A DNA stretch of 64,000 nt from the NCBI GenBank assembly GCA_050084985.1, contig JBITNC010000001.1, positions 187,860,001-187,924,000 of the forward strand. The letters are read 5' to 3'. The position numbers and the translations under genes were made by a program. This stretch comes from Nageia nagi. Taxonomy: Eukaryota; Plantae; Pinophyta. Below, in pieces: positions 24,701 through 36,700 of this stretch (positions are counted from its first letter, which is position 1; each line of letters begins with the position of its first letter). The notes beneath the pieces were generated by a model. It was not told where the DNA came from and searched no databases. It worked only from the letters and a program-made list of their open reading frames with translations.

Positions 24701-27700
24701 TGCGCCACCAATTAACTTATTTGGGCTCCTCTAGAAAATTTTATATGAATTTGTACTTAGTATATTTATTATTACATGGTAAATGCATATCAAAAGCACA
24801 TGCAAATGAAAGGCAATTAGAGAAGAAAGGCACCCCAATGTGGAATATTTACCCTAGGTGGTGGTATCATAATAAATTCAGGCATTACTACATGAGGAAT
24901 GATGAGTGGGAGTATGCCATATATAAGGATATCAAAGGAGAAGCAATAGTAAAGAGGATTTTTGATGCAGTTGTTAAGGCTATTAGTGCACATGCAGATT
25001 TCTACTTGCAGTATACTAATCACACCTACATCAGAGTTTATGGCTTTGAAGAGCAACCCCTTCTCCTGCCCAAATATGCTAGCGATAGGCTAATCCTCAT
25101 GGAGTTTGCCAAGCAGTTGTTTTTTTTGAAGGAAAGGGTGTGGAGAAAGAAAGATGCAACAATTAACATGCCATCTCTATTTCAACTTATTTTTTTCAGA
25201 CTTGGGTTGAGGCCAAGAGTATGCGCAAAGAGCTACAACAATATGTCTTCTATAAGGAGGCAGCAGGCAAGAATTACGATCCTAGAGGTGTTATAGCCAA
25301 TTTTTATAACATTGCTTTCCCAAAGACCATATCATTCAAACACAAATATTTGGGAAATGTAGCAAAGTACAAAAACTTGACAGATGAAAATAAGATCAAG
25401 GAGATTGATGCTCTTTTGAGCAAAAACAAGACTCCTCTCAAGACTACAAGTAGAACAACTCAACCTGCAACTCAAGGGACTTGAAGTGTGAAAGAGAGAC
25501 CTAAAGAGGTCCCACTTAGGATCAGAACGTCCCCTCCTATTAGCAATGCACCACCTCCAGTAATGAAGTCTCCCTTGCTCCCTCTTGGGAAAAGACAAGG
25601 AACCATTAACCAACATGCTTCAATGGGTTCCAGCAAAAGCAAAGTAGAAGTTAATGCAGCCAAGACAAGTCAGCAGGTGGTTGATCTTAGGGATGCAAGC
25701 TACAAGGATGTCCCTTTGAGCAAACTTGAACAAGATGTTGTCTACCCTAAGGGTAGTTGTGCTGATGATTCCCCTTTTAGAAGGACCACTCCACATAGAT
25801 CCTCACACCTTTAAGGATGCAAAGAGAAGGTTCCCCCACTACAACCTAGTTCCATTTCATCTTCTTCTTTAGATGAAGAAGATATTGAAGAATCGAGATC
25901 CAAAGATGAAAAAGGCTCCCATGATGAAGAGAGCCATGATGAGGAAGATGATGATGGAGAGGAGAGCTATGATGATGATGCTGATTCTAACACCCATGAT
26001 GATGAGTACCCCATTCAAGAAGAGAACGTAGCCATAGGTGCTTCTACACCTAATGATACAGAAAATGACACCGTCCCACATGAAGATTTAATCGTTGATG
26101 AAGAAAATTGTAATGAAGTTGTCCATATTGTTGGAGTAGAGTGCGCCAAAGAGGTGAGCACTTCTAAGACTCCTGCAAACCACCCAAACAAGTCACCCCC
26201 ATCTTCCCAAAAGACCTTGTCTAAGAGGACTAGCCATGAGAGATCTCCCCAACCCCACAGGAAATTTCTATCATTAGGAGGAAGTGGTGGAGATGAAGAA
26301 GATGAAGGTAAGAAAGAAGAACATAAGAAGAGGATGCAGGATGAGCACCAGAACAAAGAAGTTGTCCTCATTCAAACTACTCTAACAAAAGAAGTCAACA
26401 AAAAGGTGAGAAAAAGTAGGATGTTGGTACAAAGGCTTCCTTTTAAAGCAACCACTGAACATCTTGAGGTTGACTTGGATGCCTACTTAAGAGCTTTGAG
26501 CATGAGCATGAGCATTGCTCATAATGAGGATATTGATCCCTATTTAAGGTTTGAAGATGAAGAAGAGCTCTCTGATGGTGAGAAAGTGAGAAGGGTCGAT
26601 ACTTATGTTTCCACAAACAGAAAGGAGATCTCTATCAACCATTGCTAATCCAAGGAGAAGCACCCTAAGGGACATGAAAAATTGTTTAATTGAGACTTTC
26701 AAGATACCACCAAACTATGCCTATCAGCAAGGAAGCACAATGTTTCACAAAATGCAACTGTAATGGAGCAAGAGGGCTACGAGGCCAAACAAGAGGTAAG
26801 GAGGTTGAAGAAGGAGCTCACTACAAGCAGGAAAACAATAAAAGAATTTCAGGCTATGAGTACAATCCCTGTTGAACTCAAAAGACAAACTTCATTTCAT
26901 CTAGGTTGGGAATTAATGAAGAATTCCCTAAAGAAGTAGATGATGGAGATCATTGAGAAGCTTGCTTCTCAAATTTATGGCCTTATCGAGGAAGGGATTG
27001 AGCTGAGTGAATTGAAAACCCAAATATCCTCCCTCCTTGAATAGTTGGATGGTCATCTCCCCATTGTTACCAACCTACAGCGAATATTTGTTGATAAGCA
27101 TGAGAAGTTGGTCTACCACCATGAATTCATGTACCAACACGACTAGTTCAAGCACAACTTGGACAAGAGTCAAGTGGTGTGCTTAAGGCCAGGTTGCCCC
27201 TGAAAAAGGATGTGGAAAAACAAATGTCTCAGTACATGTATCAATTGAAGTTTCAAGGGGAGAATGGTGATGTAAGTAAAAAGGAATCAATCTTGGTAGA
27301 GGCATATAATTTGATTCAAGAGCATCTTGAGGTCGAATACCTCAATCTTCCAAAAGCGGGCAAGCCCATTCATCACAAGAGGCATATGGTCTTCTGGAGA
27401 TTTCGGAAATAGGTTATATCCCAATAAATCGAGGGCTTTTATAGACAGAATGGCAACATCGTAGGCATACTCTTCAAGGGAGTACAGAAATCCTTGGCTT
27501 TCCTAGAGGAAACCATGGAATCATGCGGCCTCATCAATGAAGAGTGGAACTCCGCGAGTGCTAAATCAAATTTGCCCTAGATTTGATTCGCTTGCAGATT
27601 CTGTCTGCAACATTCTTTCAATTTTTAATGCATATTGTTATGGTTCTTAGACTTATAGTTAATTGATTTGACCAATACAGGGATGAATTTTTTCTCCCAC

Positions 27701-30700
27701 CATATCAAATATGTCAGAATTCATTTATTGCTTATCGGTGCACGAATCCGCTGGTTCATTGTCAGAATTTACTGCATATTTGATTTTATTATGCATTTTT
27801 TAGAGATAGATTAGATGTTTTGTTGGTTGTGGCATTAATGTTCTATCAGTTTTTGAATGCCACTTGCATAGATGTATGCAATTTAGTCTAATTTTGCATA
27901 GATATGTGTGTTGCGTGTGAGTATACCATATCGGATTTTATGCCTTTAGGGCAACGTTGCATTTATTGCAACTACTTTTTGTGACCTACATATATAACAT
28001 TTCGGTTATTTAGAAAGGGATTTTTGCAATTGAAAGAAAGGAATGCTCATGTTGTGTTGTTGAATATATTTTGCAAAGTGGATTTCTTTCTAGAATTGTG
28101 CTTTGAAGAATGTTGTGAATCTTTCATTCGTAGGATCATGCATCCTATCTTGTAAGAATTTTTTGCCAGTTTGAATAGTTTTTGTTGCTTAAGTGCATCC
28201 TCTTTGAAAACTAAGAGTTTTCAGAGGAGAAAGTTGATTATTTTGTGAAGTGGTTTAAATTATTCATTGCATGATTTGCACTTAAGTGTATGTATGGGTA
28301 GGGTACGCCCTTCTGGGCATGACATTGGCACTACAGTGCACAGTGGTGTCGTCAGGCGGAGGCTCCCATAGTCTCTCCGACGTGGCAACCAGTAAGACAT
28401 AGTCCAAATACGCCTATCTGTGCGGTGAAACATGGTCGTGCTCCTAAAGGCTTTTCACCGGGTGAGATCCCCGGATGTGGGCTAACACCCTAGGTACCCA
28501 GCACTCAACCTGAAGGGCAATCGTAATGGACAAATGTCCCCGTAGTAAGGGGAGGAATGAAAGGAGTGGTTGCCTAATAAACATCCATGAAACTCCAAGA
28601 ACCCTGGTAAACCCTAGAGCCTTTACAATGCTAGCTGAGGATAAATCGAGGATAAATGTATGTATTCCAAGGCAAAAAGCTTATCTCTATGTCATTCAAT
28701 TAGAACATATGTATTCACATGTTGGTCATTTCCCTTCATCTTCATTTCGATCGAGTCTTCCATCATAGACCCAACAGCTTCCTCCTATTGTCTAGTAGCA
28801 ACTTGAGCTTTGCTATTTACTACTAGGTTTGATAAGTGAATACAGATTTCTTAAGGAATCCTAGGATGACCTATCGAGACACTGCATCACTAGTGATTGT
28901 TTCATATGCTTATTTTCTCATTCCTATGCATCTATCCCTGCATTTGTGATCTTTCTTTGCTTTCATTCACATTTGTAGTCTTTTCTTGTTTTTAAGTTTA
29001 CAACTCATGAAAAAAGTCAGTCGATGAGCCTCGATTGTATACGGTTGAACAGTATGCATCTTTGACCATTGTGCGTGGGTCCATATTCCATGCGACTGCT
29101 TGGGGTACATAGTACTTTCAAGCGGAAACAAGTACCGTTGTTTCCTCCAAGTTTTATGGATGTTTTGGAAGGAAAGAAAAACATACCAACAGAAGTCTGG
29201 CTAGAATGCAAGTAAAATATAGAAAACCCATATTCCTAAAGAAGCTTTACATATAAAAGCAAATATCAGAAATAAGTGATTTATAAGGTAATAGATGGCA
29301 ATTAACCTGGAATCTAAGAAATTTCAGTTTTTCTTCACTTCTATTTTGAATGAGAAACTTATTTTATATAGCCATTTTAGAAAGTATATTGATCATCTTC
29401 ATATTATGAAGTGAAGCAAGCTCACAATGTAAAGCAAGCATGAAAGTGACAAATAAGGGAGATATGTTTCTTTAACAACACGTAACATACCAGCTCTTAG
29501 GTCTATATTTTTGAACATTTATGTAATATGAACCTACCGCATTTACAAAATGTTCTATACACAAAACCTTTGGGTCATAAAAAATCTTCATATCATGGGA
29601 ACAAAGAATGAAAATTGGCAAACAAAATTCACATTCAATAAGATATTCTAACTTGAAAGCACCATCACTTGAAAATTATATTCAAATGAGAAAAAACATG
29701 CATAAAATTGTAAAACAGAAGAAGCAAGACATAGAAAGAACATTCATAAAATATGTGAAGTATCTGATTTGACATGTTAGCTTACACTTCAATAACTGGT
29801 TTCAGGAAAGGAGCAACCTTCTCTATCCCTTCAATATTAGCTAAAGATTGCACAAATGCAATCGGTATCATGAAGAAGAAAACGAGGAAGAAAACAGCAG
29901 CAGCTATCACCAATCTCCGAACAGTTAGTTCAACAAATGGAATCGCTAGATTGTGCCAATATACATCTCTGGGCTCTGGGGCCCATTCAGTTAACCATAA
30001 CGTAGGATTCCTGCACTGCTGTGTTTGTGCACATACTGCTGCTCCCAAGCGTGACTTAAATGAAACAAATGCCACTGGCATAATAGATTTAGAGTCATTG
30101 AGCACCCTCTCTCTTTCTGCTGCTGCCTGCATTCTCATTCAAAAATAATATCAGAACATCAGCAAAACTATAGTGGTTTAAACTTTATGTCCTTCCCTCT
30201 CTCCAAAGAGACCATGTAATAAAACCTATTATATATCTTTCTGAAGGAAGATGTACACATATTGAAGGTTTTAATGACATGCAGAATTATTCTGAAAATT
30301 TAAGGATAAGAACTGGAAATCCATAGGAACTTTTAGGTTGTTTTTATACTAATAAGTAATAACAGGTGAAATATAAGCATCCGACTTTTAAAGACTATTC
30401 ACAAGGGTGTTCCTCAATGCTTAAGATGGATGTAAATTACAATCACACTACAGAGTACACGTGAAGATATTCCAAAAATAATGTGAGAATAGGAAAAAAG
30501 TACAGAAAGGAAAGGTGTTTTGCAAGTTGAAACCATTTACATAGCCATCAATACGGAACTAACTGTAAAACATAAATTTATCAGACTCAAAAATGACCCC
30601 AAAGTTCGAATTATCAAATCATTTTCATTTGTGACAATATATTTTCTTCAGATCATCCAGTTAACATCCAGTGTCCAAAGCAACCAAGACATGTTACCTA

Positions 30701-33700
30701 TATTTATAGGAAAGGTGCAGTGCCACTCTTATGAACACCGCATTAACATACTAATCATTTCCTTGAAAGGACAAGAGATGTGGCCCCGTGGCAAAAGTGA
30801 AATTGTTCTCATTAATTTATTGAACATTAAAACTCATGCCTTCAAGACAACTAATCAGAAAAAATTGTATTCAAATTATATGATCTGACAGTTGTTTAAG
30901 ATGAATTTATTGATTTTAGTTGGAATAAATTTATTACAGAAGCCTTCACTTACTAATTATATGCATTTGCTTGAATGACTTCCAATTTGATTAAGAGTGA
31001 AATATTCAGAATCTTATTTAATTCATATTCATTCTCAAAAACATCAAGTTTTTCTTGGGATTTCTCCAAAAGATATCTACTTACTTCTTCAGCGGATACA
31101 CCTTCTACATGATCAAATGTCTCCCAAGTGCTTTCTAGCTGCTCCACTATTATAAAGATTGATGGCACTCTTAGCATTTAAGATCAACTTGTTAGTTTAT
31201 CAAACCTTAAACATACTACAAGTGCAAAAAAAGGAATTTTTAGCAAGGAAGTAAGGCATTCAAAAACATTGCATAATATACAAGCAGCATAAGTTATACA
31301 ACAAAAATTATGACCAAAATTTGTTCGTGTGTTACAAAAGTTGCAGCACAACATCATATAGATAACAATATAAATAAGCAGAAGTTCACCAAGAAAATGA
31401 GAACCCATCATATCTGAATAACAAGGGTGAATAGCATTGGTTAGAAGACCCCTATCAAATACAACCAAGAAAAAAATGCAATCTGCCAAAAAAAAGAGTA
31501 TATAGGGCTAATGAATAAACATATGTTCATCAACACTAGTTAAGAATGCACTCTGGAGAGCGGTTAGATTGAGACTAGTCTATATAGCTATTGTTGCAAG
31601 AATGTTTTACAGATATATACTAGGTCCCCCAAGTAGAGATATAGATCTGTCCCAGTTCTAGTTGGTATAGGCATATGTTGTGGCTTCCAAAACACGGTCC
31701 AAATTTTTAGCAAATTTGGGAACCCACAAATTTTGGCAATAAGAAGTCGACCGAGCTGATGATGTCTTGAGATCAAGAGGCATTAGAGAACAAAAATGGT
31801 AGAAATGAACAAATTGAACTTCTAGTAGCAGCAGACAAATTTTCGCTAAATCCCATTCAAGAGTATCCTCTCGAGGAGACAACATCCATGTCCTCTCCAA
31901 GATTTGCGCTAGCCTTCCAAGGACCTCAAATGACCAATGTAGACGATCAAAGAAGCAAAATTGGCTAAGTACCACGCATGGCAACATCTCAGAACCTAGG
32001 CACAAATGTCAAAGGAGACAAGGTTCTTGACTCACTTTGGATCTCCCCAAGTCAATCTCCTCCTCCAAGTGCAAATCCAAACTAAGACAAGGGTGGTGAC
32101 CTCTAGAAGACTTGCGCCAGCACTCCAGACTCTCCAAAAGTAATTTCAGGCGACAAAGAAAAACTTTGGCTAAGTTTGGAGCATTTTCTCCCAAGAGACC
32201 TACACCAAGCTCAAATGCACTATTTCCGATGCACATGCAAGTCAAAACACACATGATGACATCTTCTGGACCTATGTTGGGCTGGCATTCTTTCATTCAA
32301 GCGCAAGTGTCAGATTAGACAAAGCACCATGACCCTCCTTGGACTGCGTCACACCTCCTTCCTTCTTGGCGTAGATCACAATAGAGATAATCGAGTTCAT
32401 GAGTTGACCTTCAAGGGCTTGCATTGGCCTCCTAGGCACTTACCTTAGCGCATACCCACGTCTAGACAACCTCCTTGACTCTCTCCACACTTGCATTGGG
32501 CTCAGACTCTACATCTTTGGTGCAAGTACAACAAGAGACAACCTCCTCGTCCCTCCCTAAGGATGTGCCTATTTCCTAAGATTATCCAACCTCAGGCTTT
32601 GTGCTAGATTCCCTAGAAAATAGATCTCATCTTTGAAGGCACAAATCCCTAAGCCTCCAAAGGATTTTTCCCTAGGAAAACCCTAACGATGTCTATAAAA
32701 AGGGGAAGTTGGCCTTCATTTCTACATGATAAGATTGTTCTCTCCTTTCGAATTCACTAGGGCATCAAGATAGAAACTCCTTGGGATCCTTCTAAAGCTT
32801 GGGATCCTTCTAAATAGAGTCAAGGAAACCTCTCCTCTCCATTTGCAAAGGCATTCAAGACATTATCCAACATCAAGCATCAAATGGCAGAGACAAACTC
32901 TAAGGAGCTGGAGAACGAGGTTAAGCCAAAGAAGCTAATGACTACCAAGGGTGCTTCGTTGAGGAAGAAATTCAGTTTTGATCTTGCAACTTCAATAAGA
33001 GCACTACCCGAAAACCCCAGCCAGAAGATGAAAGATGAGTCCACGGAGACTCACTACGTGAGCAGATTTGTTTTCAAGTTCAATAATATGTTGTCCATCA
33101 CCAAAGTCACCCTGAACAAGGACCCAAAGAAATCTCAAGACTTGGATGCTCATACATTGAAGACTGAAGTTGGTGAAGTTGGGACCAATGGAGCAGAGCG
33201 GATCAAAGACATCACAAGGCTTGCCAAGGAATTGGAAAGCTAAAGGAAGTCGAACCCTGAAGAGGAGGATACACTTCCTAAGCCCCATCGTCCTCAAGAA
33301 GGGATGACCACTCAAGGACAAGAGTCTCCTGAACTAGCAAATGATGAAAACCAAAGGTCAAGTGTTGCAGAGCAAGGAGTAGCAGATGAACTCGTGGATG
33401 CCAATTGATGGAAGTTGTTGCATCTTGGATGCAATGTTTTAATTTTATTTTATTTTATGCATAATTTAGTTATTTCGGATTTCAAACTTTATACATATCT
33501 ATTAAAGCTTTGTGACGGCTAAGGATTTGCTCCCACAAGTGCTAGACTCAATTTGGTGGTGCCATGTGGCATATTTTCATTGGATCATTGATATTTAGGG
33601 TTATTTTAAGCAAATTTGAATTAGACTTAGGGAAACACTTAGGGTTGCCATACAAACACTATAGGTAGCCCTAGAGGGCTCATTTGTTAAGGGATAGAAT

Positions 33701-36700
33701 TTTGGATTTTGGACATGGACATTTGCAATTAGATGAGCAGAGTAATTTGTTCTATCAAACATATGTCTATTGTGAATGCGGCTTGATCTTTTGAATGAAA
33801 TTGAACAACTCCATTTTTACATGACTATGAGCTTTGACATGTAATGTTATCATTGTTGTGTTTTACTTAGACACTTGGAACTTTTTACGTGATTATTCTT
33901 TTGAAGTGTTGAATGTAACGCATAGTTAGTGATTGCCCATGGTACACAACTAAACTTGTGTAATTCTGAAGTGTGTTCTCCTATGAAGTTTAGCATGAGA
34001 ACTTCATTCGCATGTTGATAGTGTCATCCTTGTCATGATCAATACCCCTTTCCCCTTAGACGCTTGCTTCCTCAACTAGACAATTCGTGAGTGTGAGGAT
34101 ATTCCTTCTTCTAGACCATTCACTTTGTTGGCCAGTGTGAAAGGATAGGTGGATGCATGGAACTCATAACAAACCTGGAAGAACTTGGCATTCAAACATT
34201 GTACTCGTCGGTGGAGCTTGATGTAAGAGGGCTGAATTCATATGCCTCAAGCCATCTCCAATCTTCCTTCCTATTTTTCTTTCATTTTTCACTTTCTTTG
34301 TGCAGCTTCTACAACCATTTTTCAGTTTTTGTTCAAGAAACAACCCTTGCAAAGATACTAGACGATCTGAATCCTTGATCAAACAAATCTTATTTAAGGT
34401 TGGTAACAACTTCAAACATCTTAACCACTCTTTGAGCACATCCTGCCTATTCATTAGAGAGATACCTTTGAGGTAACCGGTCCTCATAGCGGAGGAGTGT
34501 AACGCCTTCTCACCTAAGGTGTTGGATTTCTTCTTAGCCTTGCCACTTAGAAGCCCATCAACAAGGAAGGAAAGAAAAACTACCCAACAGGATACTCATA
34601 AGAAAGACAAGTCTAATAAGAAATGGTGAAATGTTGCCAAGATATAAATAGAAATACATTTATAAATATGCATATACAGAGATAATTAGAAAGAAGGGTA
34701 AGAGAAAATATATACGATCATGCATGATATGTTCCAAAGGTTGCGAAGATCACCTATCCAAACCAGAAAAAGCACCAACATAAGAAAAATAAATTCAAAT
34801 TTCATCTCATGAAGATCTTGAACCACTGCAAGTAAGACCTCCCTAGTATGAAGCTTTTAGTCTCCAAAAACCTCCTTGAATAGTCAAGTAAGTGTATTGC
34901 TCCTGCATTAAACTAATGCATATTGTCTCTCTTTGTTGATGTACAATGAAATAGACCAAATGCAAATACACAATCACTTTAAGACATAATAGGAATAGGA
35001 CTGATTTTTTTGTCTTTCATACTTGCTTTTTGTTGAATATAGATGGCAATCACACACAACACTCCACAACAATAGAACACTACAACTTGTATAAGCAAAG
35101 GCACAATCAAAGTATGCTAAACAGATCTCTCATTAAACTTGAGAACACACAAATATCGCTTACACAATAAGACACATCACTGCAGGACCTTGGCTATATG
35201 CAAACAGCTTCAAATCTGGTTGTATAAGGATATTGTGTCTTCTAACAATTGGTCCAAGCCCTAACTCACAGTCCCTTTATTTTTAAGTGCAAATGGGTGT
35301 CCAAAACATTGAATCTTGAAACATGCAATCACAAATATAGACCTTGAATAGATCTGTCCTCAAATGAGTAAATAGTCTTCAGATCTCTCCTCCAACCTCC
35401 ATTAGATTAGATCTAATAGAAACCCCTCTAAAAAATCCTTAGCAAAATACTAAGGTCCAAGAGCATGCAAGCTCTCCAAGTTCTCTACCAAAATCAGCCC
35501 CCACCAAATGACCAGCTCTTCCTCTTATATAGCCTTGGAAGTCTTAATTTAAACCTCCTTGCCTCATAATAGTTACAAATCCTCTCCTATGGCAGTTACA
35601 AAAGCATTAAATAATACCTTGAACTTTGACCTCATAACATTTACTTTTGCCAAAATGGCAGTTACAAATAGTAGAGACATTTAATACTGCCTTATCATCT
35701 CAACCATCAAACTAAAAACGTGGACCAAGTCATTGACATTAATTAATACATTTTTTCTTGTCCCAAAACTATTCTAAATACATAACCAACTCCCTAAACA
35801 CTTATACTAACAATAAAACATCTCAAAACACCTAACCCACCCCTTAGAAGCCCAGAAACACAACAAAACATAACTTAAAATATTTTGGGACATTACATAC
35901 AACCACACATCTCTACACCTAAATCTCATAGGTTGTCTTATGCTCATAATGACAAACCTATATTTCAAGTGAAAACTCTTAGATTTTTCCTCATCATCTA
36001 GTATCAACAAAATTTTATAAATAACGTAAGTGACACTAACTCTTCTTCTCAACATCCTATCAAAACATGCTTGTAGAAGGGATGCATAACAAACTTTCAA
36101 TCAATCCACAAGACCTAACATTGACAATTTGGACCTGGTCAAGCCTGAAATGGAAGATAAGAGGATCAATCGAGATTACTCCTCCCAAAGGATTTTCTTC
36201 TCTTAAAATTCAAATATGAATTTGACATGGAAAAATTTCTCCACCGAGGACCCTGATTTTTTGGAAAGAAAGGTCTCTATTCGAGGAAAAGGAAAATGTA
36301 TCGATCACTCTTATCTCCAAAACTCCCCATTGAATTCTGAAACAGAAACATAATCGCAAGAATTGCAAAATCCATAGGAACCTCAATAGTTGTGGATTCC
36401 ATCACTATAAATAAACCTCAACTTTTAGCAACCAAATTCTATGTCAATGTAGACCTCACCAAAGATCTATCATGGAAAATCATTTTGAAAACCTTAGATG
36501 GAGATCGTGAGTAGAAAATTGAATATGAACATTTAATCCCAAGATGCAACATATGTAAGATAATTGGACATGCAATTCGAGATTGCCCAAATAAGCCAAA
36601 ATATCTTCCCAAAGCAACAACAAGAAGAGCTAGCCATACTCAACAAACAAACCAACAATTAAGCCAAAATATCTCCCCAAAGCAACCACAAACCATACTC

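Larger units (their letters stand above)
21791..29191 (+). mobile_element. Giant-LTR-like family, copy 2 (7.4 kb, complete ends, carries long ORF)
   Basis: Termini TGTTGTGCCTGCACAACA... and ...GGAAAGAAAAACATACCAACA. 5-bp TSD GAAAT/GAAGT (one mismatch). Removing the element restores an intronic ~160-bp tandem duplication, which confirms the boundaries. No internal LTR pair, gag or pol seen. Confidence 0.88.

Noticed and set aside
28440-28575. Twister or hammerhead ribozyme, or group II intron domain V, in the GC island
   Set aside because: Conserved catalytic motifs could not be matched; kept only as generic candidate structure.
21791-29191. DNA transposon (Ginger/Polinton/CACTA) interpretation
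   Set aside because: Terminal inverted match is only about 5 bp, no DDE transposase or polymerase motifs are visible, and the 5-bp TSD fits an LTR integrase better.
29774-30148. Plus-strand 124-aa ORF overlapping the OSCA exon (and similar shadow ORFs at 49477-50064)
   Set aside because: Antisense shadows of real coding sequence with no independent coding signal.
34934-35780. Possible additional solo LTR starting TGTTGATG
   Set aside because: LTR-like composition, but no matching CA end with a TSD could be identified.
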